Positions 1-12,000 of a stretch of 64,000 bases of DNA are shown piece by piece (within the stretch, counting starts at the first letter, position 1; every line of letters begins with the position of its first letter). Below the pieces are notes generated by a model. The model was given only the letters and a program-made list of their open reading frames with translations, was not told the DNA's origin and made no database searches. The translations under genes were made by a program, and so were the position numbers. The stretch is from a virus: positions 27,084 to 91,083 of IMG/VR virus record IMGVR_UViG_3300027969_000073. One strand, given 5' to 3'.

Positions 1-3000
1 TACAAAATTTTGAGACATACTTACTACTCCTGTATTAGCTTTTTGATTCTTTACTGCCTTATCTAAAATATTATAAATAGAAGCTAATTCTTCTTGAGCA
101 AGTTTAACAAAACTATTAATAGCTATATCATACTCTCCCATAGTAATTTTAGCGTCTAGTAATTTAATTTCATATTCAATTTTAGATATAGTATCTTGGC
201 TTTTAGCTCCTTTTTTGAGCATAGCCATACGTTCAATCAATTGATCACGGGCTTCTTTTAAAAAGGTTTCTTTTTGAGTAAGTAATTTATTCTTTTTTGC
301 TTCATCAATTTCTTCTATTTCTTCCTCTGGTTCTGCTTGTTCTGCTTCTTCACTCAGCTGATATAAAATTTCTGCTTCTTGTTTTTGCTGCGCAATTCTT
401 GCGTTAGTCTTTTCTATTCTTTCATTGTTCAGAATAGAAGTAGCAATTGGATTAATAGTATTCTGTAAGTCAATTCTAGCTTTAGCGTTTTTGCTAAAAA
501 TACCTTTTACCCAATTAATGAATTTAGTTTTGATAGCATTTACATAAGCAGCAATTCCTTTACTAGCATTATTGGCAGTTTCACTATTTTGGAATTGATT
601 AACAATTTCTTTAGCTAAAACTTTACCTAATGCTTCTTCACGAAATTCTTCATCTGTAGTATAGACATCTTTGTATTCTTCTAGAACTTCTCCATACTCG
701 CTTGTCAAATGAATATTTTGTATAGCTCGAAGTACAGAAATATCTCCTCTATCTTTTAAAATTCTAATAGCAAAGTGAGCTACCTCTTCAGGTAAAGTGT
801 CGATATTTCTACCGTCAGCTAAACCTATAAGTTGATTCATGAAATCTACTACTCCTAAAATGTTATTTTCGTAGCGTCCTTCAAAGCGCACCATCAAATC
901 TTCAACAGCTTCAATAGCAATATCATTATTTTTTGCCCAAACTCTAAGTTTGTCTTCTAGTTCTTTAACAGGAGCTTTAGTCTCTTGTGTAGTATTTTGC
1001 TGAGCTAAACTAGTTCCTGCTGGTACAATGTAATAACTTCCATTGGCAGCTTTTTTAAAACTTAAAGTCCCTGCACCGTTTACTTTATTGAAATCTCCTA
1101 CTAATTGTAAAGCTTCTCCATATTTCATTGGATTAATGAAGCCTTCTTTATTAGCATTTACTTTTTTAAGAATTCTTGCTTTAGCTTGAATTGCAGTTTC
1201 TTTTTGGTATAAAATAGTAGCTCGATCTCTTAGAGGAATAATTTCTACTTCATTCCAAGTATTACCATTTTCGTCTGTAACTTGTTTTACACTGTTTTTA
1301 CCAAATTGTTTATTAAGAACATTAGTTACTACATTTTCGTAAAAGTTGTAAATAGGTTTAAGAGCACCAAATCCTTCTGGTCCTTCAACTCTTTCAAGTT
1401 CTTGTTTAAGTTGGTTTATTTCATTATTATTTTTTTCTTTTTGTTCAGATAAATGTCTGTTATATGCATCAAGCAATACATTAGTAGCAGTAACAGGCTT
1501 AGTTTCATTTGTATCTAAATATGTAGCAATAAAATTATAATTACCATTTTCATTTTTTAAATAATCAACTTGGACTTTTCTATTTCTTTGAGATGTGAAT
1601 TTAAAACTTATTCTAGGAACTTGATTAGCATCTGTTACTGGCTTATTAAAATGATTATTTTCTTCTAATTCTTTAATTCTATCTTCTTTCTCTTTTTTAA
1701 ATTCTTCTAAAGTAGTATGTCCTTCAACTTTACTAGCTGTATTACCACTAGGGAATAACACTTTCTCATAGCCTTTTTTAGCAGAGTCTTGAATAATTGA
1801 TTTAACAAAGAATGTTACCCAGTTAGAATCTTTATTTAGAAGTTGTAAAAAATCATTTTTTGATACTGGGTTTTTACCTATTTTATTTTTATAAGCAGTT
1901 ATGAAAGTATCTCTATCTAAATATTGAGAAGTTCCAATAGTTAGATTTTTTATATTTATTGTTTGAGATCCTTCTAATATATCAGTTACTTCAATTAAGC
2001 CTTTATCTGTTTCAAAAGTATCTCCTACTTTTAAATCATAAGATGTTAAATCAAAACGTTTTCTACCTTTTTGAAACAAATCAGATTGCATCTCTAGTAT
2101 TCTACGAGTAGTAGGATTTTTAACAAAATCATAATTTTGACTACCGTAATTATACATCTCTAAAATTTCATTTTCATCGGTTTCAATTTCATCAGCTTGA
2201 TCAGGATTTTCAATTAACCATCCATTATCTTGTTTTGAAATAGTGTAGTTATTAACACCAACAAAAAAATTTGGAACCTCAGAAATATTTTTAGCAGGAG
2301 TTCTTAATGTTTTTGATTGGTCATCTGAACGAAACCATCCAATACCTTTATCTGTAGCAAACTGAGCATGTCCTTTAATAGAAGGTGTAATAGCTGGTGT
2401 AGCTATTTCATTCTCTGTATAATTAGTTCCTCCTGGAACTGTTAGGTTAGAGTAATATTGAGTATTTGGATTTGTAAAAGCATCATTTTTAGCTGTTTCA
2501 TACTCAATAAAATCAATAAATTCATCATCTTTTAAATACTCATTATCTTTATACTCATAAATAGAACCCGCAAAAGTAAATTCTTCGTTATTTCCTTCTT
2601 GTATTACTTGTTTTTCTTCGTTAGTTTTAGCAGTATTAATCTCAACAGTATAACTATAATTAGCAGCAATAGCCGTAGCTATTTCGTCCTTAGTCATTCC
2701 TTCTTTAGCTTCTTGTCTAAATAACTCAAGTTGTTGGCTAGAAATTCCTTGTTTTTGAAGGTCATTTATCCATCCTTGAAGTTTGTCTTTAGTAAAAACG
2801 TTTCGTTGAATTTTAGGAAGAGCTGTAACAACTCTTAAAGTTTGATTAATTTGTGAAGGGTCAATATTCAATTCCCCTAATGTAGGAAATCTGTCAACAT
2901 TATTTTCCTCCATCCAAGTACTAATTTTAGCTTTTAGTACAGAAGGATCTAATTCAGTACTTGCTAGTAAATCTAAGTACTCAGGATGAGAAGTGTTTAT

Positions 3001-3012
3001 ACAGAATGCCAT
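1..3012 (-). CDS. Giant virion cargo protein (partial, runs off the window) with degenerate zincin-like motif
   Basis: Not in the ORF track. ATG at 3012 (MAFCINTSHPEYLDLL...); spot-checked in frame at ~781 (DTLPEEVAHFAIRIL). Directly follows the RNAP gene, as in crAss-like cargo gene arrays. Confidence 0.8.
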   Translation of the reverse strand, partial: MAFCINTSHPEYLDLLASTELDPSVLKAKISTWMEENNVDRFPTLGELNIDPSQINQTLRVVTALPKIQRNVFTKDKLQGWINDLQKQGISSQQLELFRQEAKEGMTKDEIATAIAANYSYTVEINTAKTNEEKQVIQEGNNEEFTFAGSIYEYKDNEYLKDDEFIDFIEYETAKNDAFTNPNTQYYSNLTVPGGTNYTENEIATPAITPSIKGHAQFATDKGIGWFRSDDQSKTLRTPAKNISEVPNFFVGVNNYTISKQDNGWLIENPDQADEIETDENEILEMYNYGSQNYDFVKNPTTRRILEMQSDLFQKGRKRFDLTSYDLKVGDTFETDKGLIEVTDILEGSQTINIKNLTIGTSQYLDRDTFITAYKNKIGKNPVSKNDFLQLLNKDSNWVTFFVKSIIQDSAKKGYEKVLFPSGNTASKVEGHTTLEEFKKEKEDRIKELEENNHFNKPVTDANQVPRISFKFTSQRNRKVQVDYLKNENGNYNFIATYLDTNETKPVTATNVLLDAYNRHLSEQKEKNNNEINQLKQELERVEGPEGFGALKPIYNFYENVVTNVLNKQFGKNSVKQVTDENGNTWNEVEIIPLRDRATILYQKETAIQAKARILKKVNANKEGFINPMKYGEALQLVGDFNKVNGAGTLSFKKAANGSYYIVPAGTSLAQQNTTQETKAPVKELEDKLRVWAKNNDIAIEAVEDLMVRFEGRYENNILGVVDFMNQLIGLADGRNIDTLPEEVAHFAIRILKDRGDISVLRAIQNIHLTSEYGEVLEEYKDVYTTDEEFREEALGKVLAKEIVNQFQNSETANNASKGIAAYVNAIKTKFINWVKGIFSKNAKARIDLQNTINPIATSILNNERIEKTNARIAQQKQEAEILYQLSEEAEQAEPEEEIEEIDEAKKNKLLTQKETFLKEARDQLIERMAMLKKGAKSQDTISKIEYEIKLLDAKITMGEYDIAINSFVKLAQEELASIYNILDKAVKNQKANTGVVSMSQNFV

Positions 3013-3015
3013 AAT

Positions 3016-6000
3016 TTATTCTTTACAATTTTTAGCTTGCCAAATAGCAGTTTGCTGTTCATTTGGTGATAAAGATAAGAAATTTTCTTTATTCATCTTT
3101 CCTCCAGCTGCTGTGTATTCATCGTAATCTTTATTTCCAATTGTTTCAAATATTCCTAGTCTTTGAGATAAAGAAGTATCTACCATACTTGATAAAGCAT
3201 TTGGTTTATTAACAACTGATTTAGTATTTAAATTTTCTTCAGCTAATTTATTTAAACCAATCATAAACTTAATATCATATCCTGCATCTTTGATTGATAA
3301 TTCTGCAATTTTTTGTGGTATTTTATTGTATGAAACTGATCCATCTTTACTAATTGAAATACTGAAATCAGAATATTTAAAATCAATAGAATTAGCATTA
3401 TAAGATATATTTGGTATACCTAATTTATCTAAAACATATTGTTTGTATTCTTCTCTTTTTTGTTCAGATACATTTGACGGATTATAATTATAATCAGCAT
3501 TTACTTTTCCTGTACTAGTAACTCCTTTAATATCTGCTAAATTTTGAGTAACAGGTGCTACAGTAGTAGGAATTGTCTTAGTTTCATCAGGTTCTAATGC
3601 AGCTGCTGTTATTTGGTCCATGAAAGAATCTTGCATACTTTGAATAGGAGATTTAGGAGTTTCTGTTTTGTTTTCTTTTAAACTAGAAACATTAAGGTCT
3701 CTATTGTAGTCAAACTCAATTGCAAAATTACTCTCTCCTAAACTTGTTAATGGTACATAAGTAGCAGTAGTTAAATTAGTTCTTCCATCAAAATCAGCAA
3801 AATCATTTTTAACATCGAAGTCTGTTTTTACTAATTGGTAAATAGTAAATTGCTTACCTTTTTTAGCTACTTTAATAAATTCTACTGGTTGAGAGTTATT
3901 AGTTGTTGGAGTAAGTTGACGATTTTTAGACAAATTAACAATTAAGTTTCCTTTTGCAGTTTTAACTATTCCATTTTTAGATTCTTTAGCAGCTAAAGTT
4001 AAAACAGAATTTTCTTGTTCAGGAGTTAAGCCTTTCTCTAAAGGATTTGTTGTTACATCTACTTTTACAGTATGAGTGAAAGTTTCTTTTCCACCATGAT
4101 TCTGCATAAATTGTCTCTTAAATCTTTTCTTTATTTCCTCGTTTTTATTAATACCTGCAGCTAACGCAGTTTCTAAGAATTTATTAAAGGTTCTTCCATT
4201 AACATCAACAATGTTATTAGCTTCTTGATAAGCATCTGACCAGAATAAAACTGGTACAAGATTAGAAAAAGTAAAAGGCCCAAAGCCGTAACCAGCTGAG
4301 AAGTAAGTGTACTTAACTAATTTAAGTGCCATTTCTCTTACTTTAGGGTCAGAATCTTGTAACATGCGTTCCCAAGATTGTCTAGCATATTGACGGTCTA
4401 GTGTATCTTTTCCTGTTGCGTAGTATTGAATTCTTTTAATAGGAGAATAATCATTACTATCTACTACATATAAAGAATCAAGTAACTTTCTATAAGGAGA
4501 GTTAATAGGAGTTTCTTTTTGCCATTTAACTAATTCATCAGGAAGTTTAGTCAAAATCTCATTACTTTGAGAATGCTTAAAGAATGGGAAAGCAGAAGCT
4601 AAGAAATTGATGTAGTTGATATCAATTAAACTTGCTTCTTTTTCTGTCAAAGAATACATTTCTCCTTTTTGGTCAGAGAATTCATTCTTTAATTCTCCTA
4701 AAGCAGAATATTTTATACGACCTGTAGTACTGTCTACTTTTCCAATTGCAGAATAGATTTTATCGAAAATGTTAATAGGTTCAATAAGACCGTATTTAGT
4801 AAATGCAGGCATCATTATTTGTTCAGAAAAAGGACTTTCTATAAATGCTTCTTCTAATCCTTGAATACTATTAGTATCTTTCTCTATCTTACGAAGTAAA
4901 CGATCTTGTTTATTAATAGTAGTATAGTTATTTGCACTTGCAGGTCCTACTCCTTTAGTATCACTTTTAGAAGCTTGAATACCCATAGCTAACTCTGAAG
5001 CAATGCTGTGGTATGTTTCAAATGCTTGTAGAACATTAAGTTGATTTTGATAATATTCTAATGTACCTGAAGGTAATAAATCTCTTTCTAAAATTTCATT
5101 ACTAAAATCTGTACTTGTGTCTGCTTCTACTTCAACTCCTGCTTCTTTAATTTTATTTGCTAACAAAGTTTTCCATCTACTCATAGTAGTTCTAAAGTTT
5201 TTGTCATCTGACAAAGAACCTTTATCGTTAAAGTAGTTTCGAGTTAACTCTAAAATTACAGGCTGATTTAAGAATGCAAATACAGTTCTTTCTTCTACTC
5301 CTAAACGTTGTAACATACTTTGCACATTGGCAGTATATGTATTCATGTTTAAGAATGATGCTACTGGGTCATTGGCATTATCCACAGCTGCTGCTACGTT
5401 ACTTGCTAAAGCTTTTGAAATACGAGTTCCCGTAGGACTTTTAATTTGATTTAACTCTGTGTAAGGAATTCCATTAAAATAAATAGGAACTTTTAGCTTC
5501 ATATTAGTATACTGAGCTTTAGCATGGTGTACGTTATGATTAGCATAAATACCAATTAACTCTTTACCCGTCATACCTCTACGGAATAACTCTGATTGTG
5601 TAGAAGGATAGTTGATATTAAAGTTATCTCCTTCATCTAAAACACTTGCAGCATCTAATAGTTCACTACCTGTTAAAGTAGCTTCTTTCTTTTTACCTGC
5701 TTGAATCAAACGAATTCTTGCAGCATTTTCTTTTAGAACATCAAAGTTTCCTGGATTTAAAATAGCACTAGCTGTATTTTTGTTTGCCAAAATTCCTTGA
5801 ATAATTTCAATTTTCTTATTGTCTCTTGCAGCAGTACTATTATATTGAACAGCATTGAACTTTTCTGACATTAATTTTTTAGCAATAACGTCTATAACAT
5901 CTTGGTGTTTTTTCTGAATCTCTTGAGAAGTCTCATTGAATGGTAAGTCATTAGAAATTGCTTTATACAAAGTATCAATTTCATCTTGAATAGTTTGTAC

Positions 6001-9000
6001 AAAAGCACTATCTGGGCCATACATTAATATAGCTTGCTTCTTACTATCTTTTAATATTTTAACATCATCAAATAATTCTGATTTTTCTTCTTTAGTAAGT
6101 TTTTCAGGCAGACTGTCCATTAGTTCTCTACGAACATTCAGCATTTTTTCAAGGTTATTTCCTTCAAAATTAGTTTTTACAAATCGAGAAAAATCTCCAA
6201 AGTTTTGGAAGATGCTTTTTGCTAATTCCTTAGCTTCTGACTCACTATCTAAAGTGCTTTGGAACTTAGTATACTTTGGCTTTCCTTTAGTATCTACAGT
6301 GAAAGAACGCGTCATCAGATACGTTTTATCAATATCGAAATCGAGACCTGCAAGAGTAGTAATTTCTCTAGGTAAGATTAGCATACCTCCCATTTCAGGG
6401 GGAGTAAACCCTACAATTTTAATATTAAAAGTAGAATACTTATCCTCATTAGGAATACGTAAACCAATTATTTCTAATAGCTCAGGAGCTGTTTCTCTAA
6501 TAGTGTCAATATCTACTTCTCCATCAGCATTTAATGGGAAATATTTTCTTGAAGTCCAAGGCATCATTGCTTCAAAAGTAATGGTCCCTGTTTTTTCATC
6601 TACAATAAAATCTAAATTATCTGCTATTCCATAAGAACTGGCATTGACTACTGCTCCACCAGATATTTTCTGTTTAGTAACTCTGTTTTTAAAGAAAGAG
6701 TTCATCACTGCTTCCATTTTATAGGAAATTAATGGATGATAAAGAGGTAAAGTAGTACGATAATCTTTGTCTCCATTCTTTAAGGTAACTTCAATTGGAG
6801 CTAAAGCATCTAAATACTCTTGGCCCATATTTCTAGAAATCACTTCTTTTCTAAGTTCTTTAGCTAATTTCTGATAATCAATATTACCATCTGGCTTTAA
6901 GAACATTTCTTTAACATCCTCAAAAGAAGTACGTAAATCTTCCACAACTAGTTCTTGATATAGTCTTACTACATCTTTACCTTTCATAGTTTGATTATTG
7001 ATAGTATAATCTCCTTCAAGATCCATATCAGCAATAATCAAGTTACGTAATTGAGTACTAAAGTTTCCTTCTGAATCTATAAAGTGCTCAGGGGTTTCTT
7101 GTTGTAGTCGATAATCTGCTGCATTTAATACTACAATTTCAGGATTTGAACTTAATTTATAAGAACCATCTTTTTGTTTTGTATAAGTAGCATAGTCTTC
7201 GTTACCGTTTATAAACGACTTACTACCACCTACTTTAATTGCTGATTCAAAAATAGCACTGTCAACAGTTGTTGTTGTACCATCTTCATTTTTAATACCA
7301 TTCATTAAAGTATCGTATACAGCTTCTAGTTTTGCAAATTTAGCAGCTAATGCTCTTGTAAGTACTACTTCAGAGTTTTTAATTTGCGCAGGTACTACTG
7401 TACCATTAGAAATTCTATGGGCAAAATAGTAAGGTTTTTCAGGTCTAAATAAATCAAACTCAGTGATATCTAAAGGAATACCTTTTAATTCTTTATTATA
7501 AGCAATTTGATGTGCATCTGTCCAACGATTTAATCCTTCAAGCTGTGCTTTTCTACGATGAATACTAATCATAGTAGCACCGTCAGTAGTATTGTTTCCT
7601 TTATATTCACTACTCTTAACATCAGTTAATCCTGCTGTCCAAAGAGTAATTAATTTTTTCTTTTCTTCTGCAGTTAAATCTGAACTTTTAATAATTTCTA
7701 CAATAGCTTTGCTAGTAGCAGCTTTTGTAGGAAGTATTTCATCTTTTAAAATGATACTATTAAATGTATCAGGAATTCCTTCAGTGTTAGTAAACATACC
7801 AGGACTCATTACTTGCTTGTAACGTTTCTGGAAGTTGTCTGTATTTTTATAGAATGCTAAATCACCTGCAAAAACTGTAGTTAATTGCGTGTTCATGTAG
7901 TAAGCATTGTATAAATAGTCTGTAAAAAATGCAGCTTGGTCTTTTATCTTGTTGCTGAGTAATTTATCTGCAAAAGTAATAGCGCCTGTAACAGGGTTAA
8001 TTGATTTAATTACACCTGTTTTAAGATAAGATTGGTATTGCAACTGCAAGTAATCTTTCTCCATAAATTCTTTGATAGCTTCTTTAACTTTTTTCTCATC
8101 AAATCCTTTTTTGAAATCTAATTTATTTAAAAAAGACATTGATTGAAACTTAACTCCTCTTTTTACATAATTAGGAACTAATCTTAAAGGACTATTTGCA
8201 GGCAAGTTCTTTACCTTTACTATTCGAGAATATTCTGCTTTAGCATTTTGTAATAATCTATTTACAATTTCTTCTTTATCAAATCTTCTTGCAGTGATAA
8301 AAGGAATTGTAGGGGAATCTGCAGGAATAGGGAGTTTGAAACGACTGATTCCTCTAGCACTTTTTCCTGAATTATAGAACATACCTAACTCAGTAACCAT
8401 TAACTCGATATCAGACATTTCAGTATAGTTTACTGAACGATTCTTTCCTTTTCGTACTAGACCATCTAAGACTACTGCTTCTAAAAGACTTCCTAAATCT
8501 TCTTCAGGATTTGCTAAGTCTTTCAAGAAAGGAAGATTTTTCATATACTCATCTCCCTTAATTTCCTCCATGTATTGAGCAAACTTTTTAGGGTCCTTGA
8601 ATTTATTTAACTGCTTATTTAAGAAGTTAGATAAAATTAAGTTATAAGTAGTTTTACCTTTAATACTACGGAAAACTGCTACTACTTCTTGCTCTAAAGC
8701 AGGTTGTAGAATAGTAGCTAATCTTTCGATATTGTTTTTATTTTTCTTAACTTTTGGATCTACTACTAATTGTTCAGGTCTTGCATACAAAAATGGATTA
8801 TTTCCTAATTCTAATTCATGTGCAATGTCTGAAACTACATTGATTAAGTTGATAATATTTCCCCAAGAAGCTTTTCTAGTTTTACCTTTAGTAGGTTTCC
8901 AAACGTTAACCAAATCTTCTGGTGTCAAGTTGATATAAAGTTCTGCAAAATCTTTTGACATCATTTGAAATAGAAGGTCTACAGCTTTTTCAAATGTTTC

Positions 9001-12000
9001 ATTTTCAACACGATTATTAACATCAGCAGCTTTTTCTTTTAAACTTTGTATTTTATCAAAAATTGCTCCTGCTTTTTCTGTATTTACATTTTCAAAATTT
9101 CTAGCACCATTTTTATCTTTGCCAAATAATGCATTTTCTTGTACTAAAAAATTAGCAACAATAGTATCTTTAATAATTGCATCGTATGTTTGACGGTTAG
9201 AATTTACTACACTATAGTCTCCGTCTTTTTCATAAACAAAAGAAAATGTAGCAAAATTCTTTTGACCAATTGCTAACCATAAATCTGTTTTTAATCCAGG
9301 GTCTAAAGCAATTTGGTCTGCAATATGAGGCATAAATGTTTTATCATTTATGATTCCATCAATTTTAGCCATCATATCTGCAACAGAATAGCTGTCTGAG
9401 ATACGAGATAATAAGTATCCAAAAATATAACTAGGGCTTTCTTTCTCTTGAACGTTAAACTCATTCAATAAAGGTTTCCCATTTGCATTATATTTAGGGA
9501 TTGTAGCAAAGAAACTTTTTAGTTTTTGACTCATAGAAATTTTAGGGTCCATTTCTATGTAACCTTTCATCCATGAATTCTCTACAGTGTTTTCTTCTTG
9601 AGCATCCATGAAATCTTCTTCATCAGGTTTAAAGTCTACTGCACTTTCTTCTACTGTGTTAAGAGACATTGTAATTCCTCGAAGAGTCAAAGACTGATTA
9701 AATCTTTCTAATAAATCTGTAGGACGTTTGAATTGTAAGAATTTACTTCCTTGAATATCTACTTCTTCAACGTCTTTTAAGTTATTGGTTAAAACCCCAA
9801 CAAGTTTTTTCAAAGGCAAAGCAGCACTTGTGTTTGCTGCAATGTTAGCTTTAGTATCTGCGTAAATCTGAGAAACTAACATAGTGTAGAATTTATCTAC
9901 TCCTAAGTCTTTAATAATTTGTACATCACCTTTGAATTGATTTTCTTCTTTGCTACGAATAACATTGAAGAGTTCATCCATTACTGTTTGCATGTATACA
10001 AAAGCTTGACGTTCTTCTTCTGCAGAATTATATTTTTTATCAGTATTAACGTCCTTAGACATCATTCGAGCACTAGTAGGAAGTACTGTATTTCTAAATT
10101 GAATAGAATTTTTATATGCTCCTAAATCAATGTTTTCAAAAATTTGTTCAATATCAAATTGACGATTACGACTAAAGAAGATTTGAATCATTCTATTCAT
10201 CCCTTTAAAAGTTTTGAAAATCTCTTTAGCTTTTGATTTTTCAGCTGGGTCTACTTGCTCTTTAGCTTGCATGTATTCCATAAACTTATCTGCAAGTACT
10301 TCTTCTATTTCAATATAAGTTGGATATTCATAAGTGGTATTGCCCTCAGAGTCTACAATCTTTTTCAATGGTAACTCATCAGGATATTTTTCCATTGCTT
10401 CGTTAAGAATACGAATTCTTGAACGTAATGGCAATGCTAAATTAAATACAATGTGAAAAGCTTCGTGAAATTCTACACCAGCATCTGCATTCTTACTTAA
10501 AAATAAAGCAGCTTGAGTAAATAGACCGTGAAGTTCTTTTCCATTTTTACGTGCTTCTAAAAGCATTTCATAGGTTTCTTTAGGCAAATAGTTTTCTAAT
10601 GCTTCTAAAGAATGGAAAATGCGTACTGTGCCCTTACGGCCACTTCCTCTTTTGTATGCTTTTCCTAAAGTTCTTTTTAACCATTCTAAAGCTTCTTGTT
10701 GATTCCATTTTGTACCATCAACTTTAGGCTTTAACATAGTACGTACCTTGTCTGATTCAGGGCCGTTTTGTCTTTCTGTGCCTGTAGAATCAATATCAAA
10801 ACCTAAATCAAAATCATCAAAATTATCTACAGAAGTAGGCTCTTCTGGAGCAATTTCTGTACTGCTTGCAATAATACTATCTAAACTTTGTTGCTCTGCC
10901 ACAGGAGGAGCATCAGGTCTATTAGCTGCACTTTCTGAAGCTGCTACATCTACAGCACTTTTTAAGAAATTACTTGTAGCAGTTTTGATAATTGACTTTT
11001 TCTCTTCTGTTGGAGCTTCTGTAGGAGTTTCTTCTTTTTTTACAGACTGAGGAGTTTGTAATTTTTTTATATCTTCTCTAGCAAAGAAAGCTTTAGTAGC
11101 TTCTTGTGATTCTTTATTGTTTATAGAAAGTACCTGAACAGTTGGGTTTCCTCCTTTTCTAGGAGTTATAGCTAGTTTTTGAATAGACTTAATCGTTACT
11201 ACTCCATTTTCTACAGATGCAATTACTCTTGCAACTAAATTAGAATTTGGAATATTAATATCTCGAACTACTTCTTTATTAGCTATATCAACAGCTGCTG
11301 TAACATCATTGATTGGCGCACTAAAGATAGGGCTCTCATTTTTCTTATCTTTTGTGTTATTAACAGGCATTGTTCTAGACAATGCAAGATTAGAAAATTC
11401 GACAGAAGCTTTAGAAGTAGGCATTTTTGCCTCCATAATTAGCTCTACATTAGCTCTGTCTTCAGGGGACATTTGGTATGCCTCAATTACAAAAGAGCTT
11501 GAGCTAAAAAAGTTTCCATCTTCTGAATATAAATCTGTAGTAACAGCTCCAATTTGTGCTAAAGTTTGATTATAAGTTCCACTGTTAATCTTATCCCAAT
11601 CACAACGATATAGTAATTCTCCAATATAGTTTTGTGCCTCTTCAGCAGTATCAAATAATTGACTTACTACTTTACCTAAATTATTATCTTGTTTACTTAC
11701 TAAGATTTTATTTGTAGTAGTTCTTTCTACAGTAGTGTGGTAAAGCATTTTTTCAATTTTTCTACGTGCATTAAGAATGTCTTGGCTTTCTACAGCTTTT
11801 AACAAATTGGCTAAAGCTAATTTAACATCATTAAATTCTGTAGTTTCTTTAACTTTACTAGAACGTATTCGCATAGGATATAAACCATATGCAGAAGGAA
11901 CCATCATGTATGGAATACCTTCTTCTAAATTTTCTTTAATGTTTGCAAAAATTTCAGATTTCTCTAAAGCTTTTAATAACGCTTTGTTCTCTACATTTTC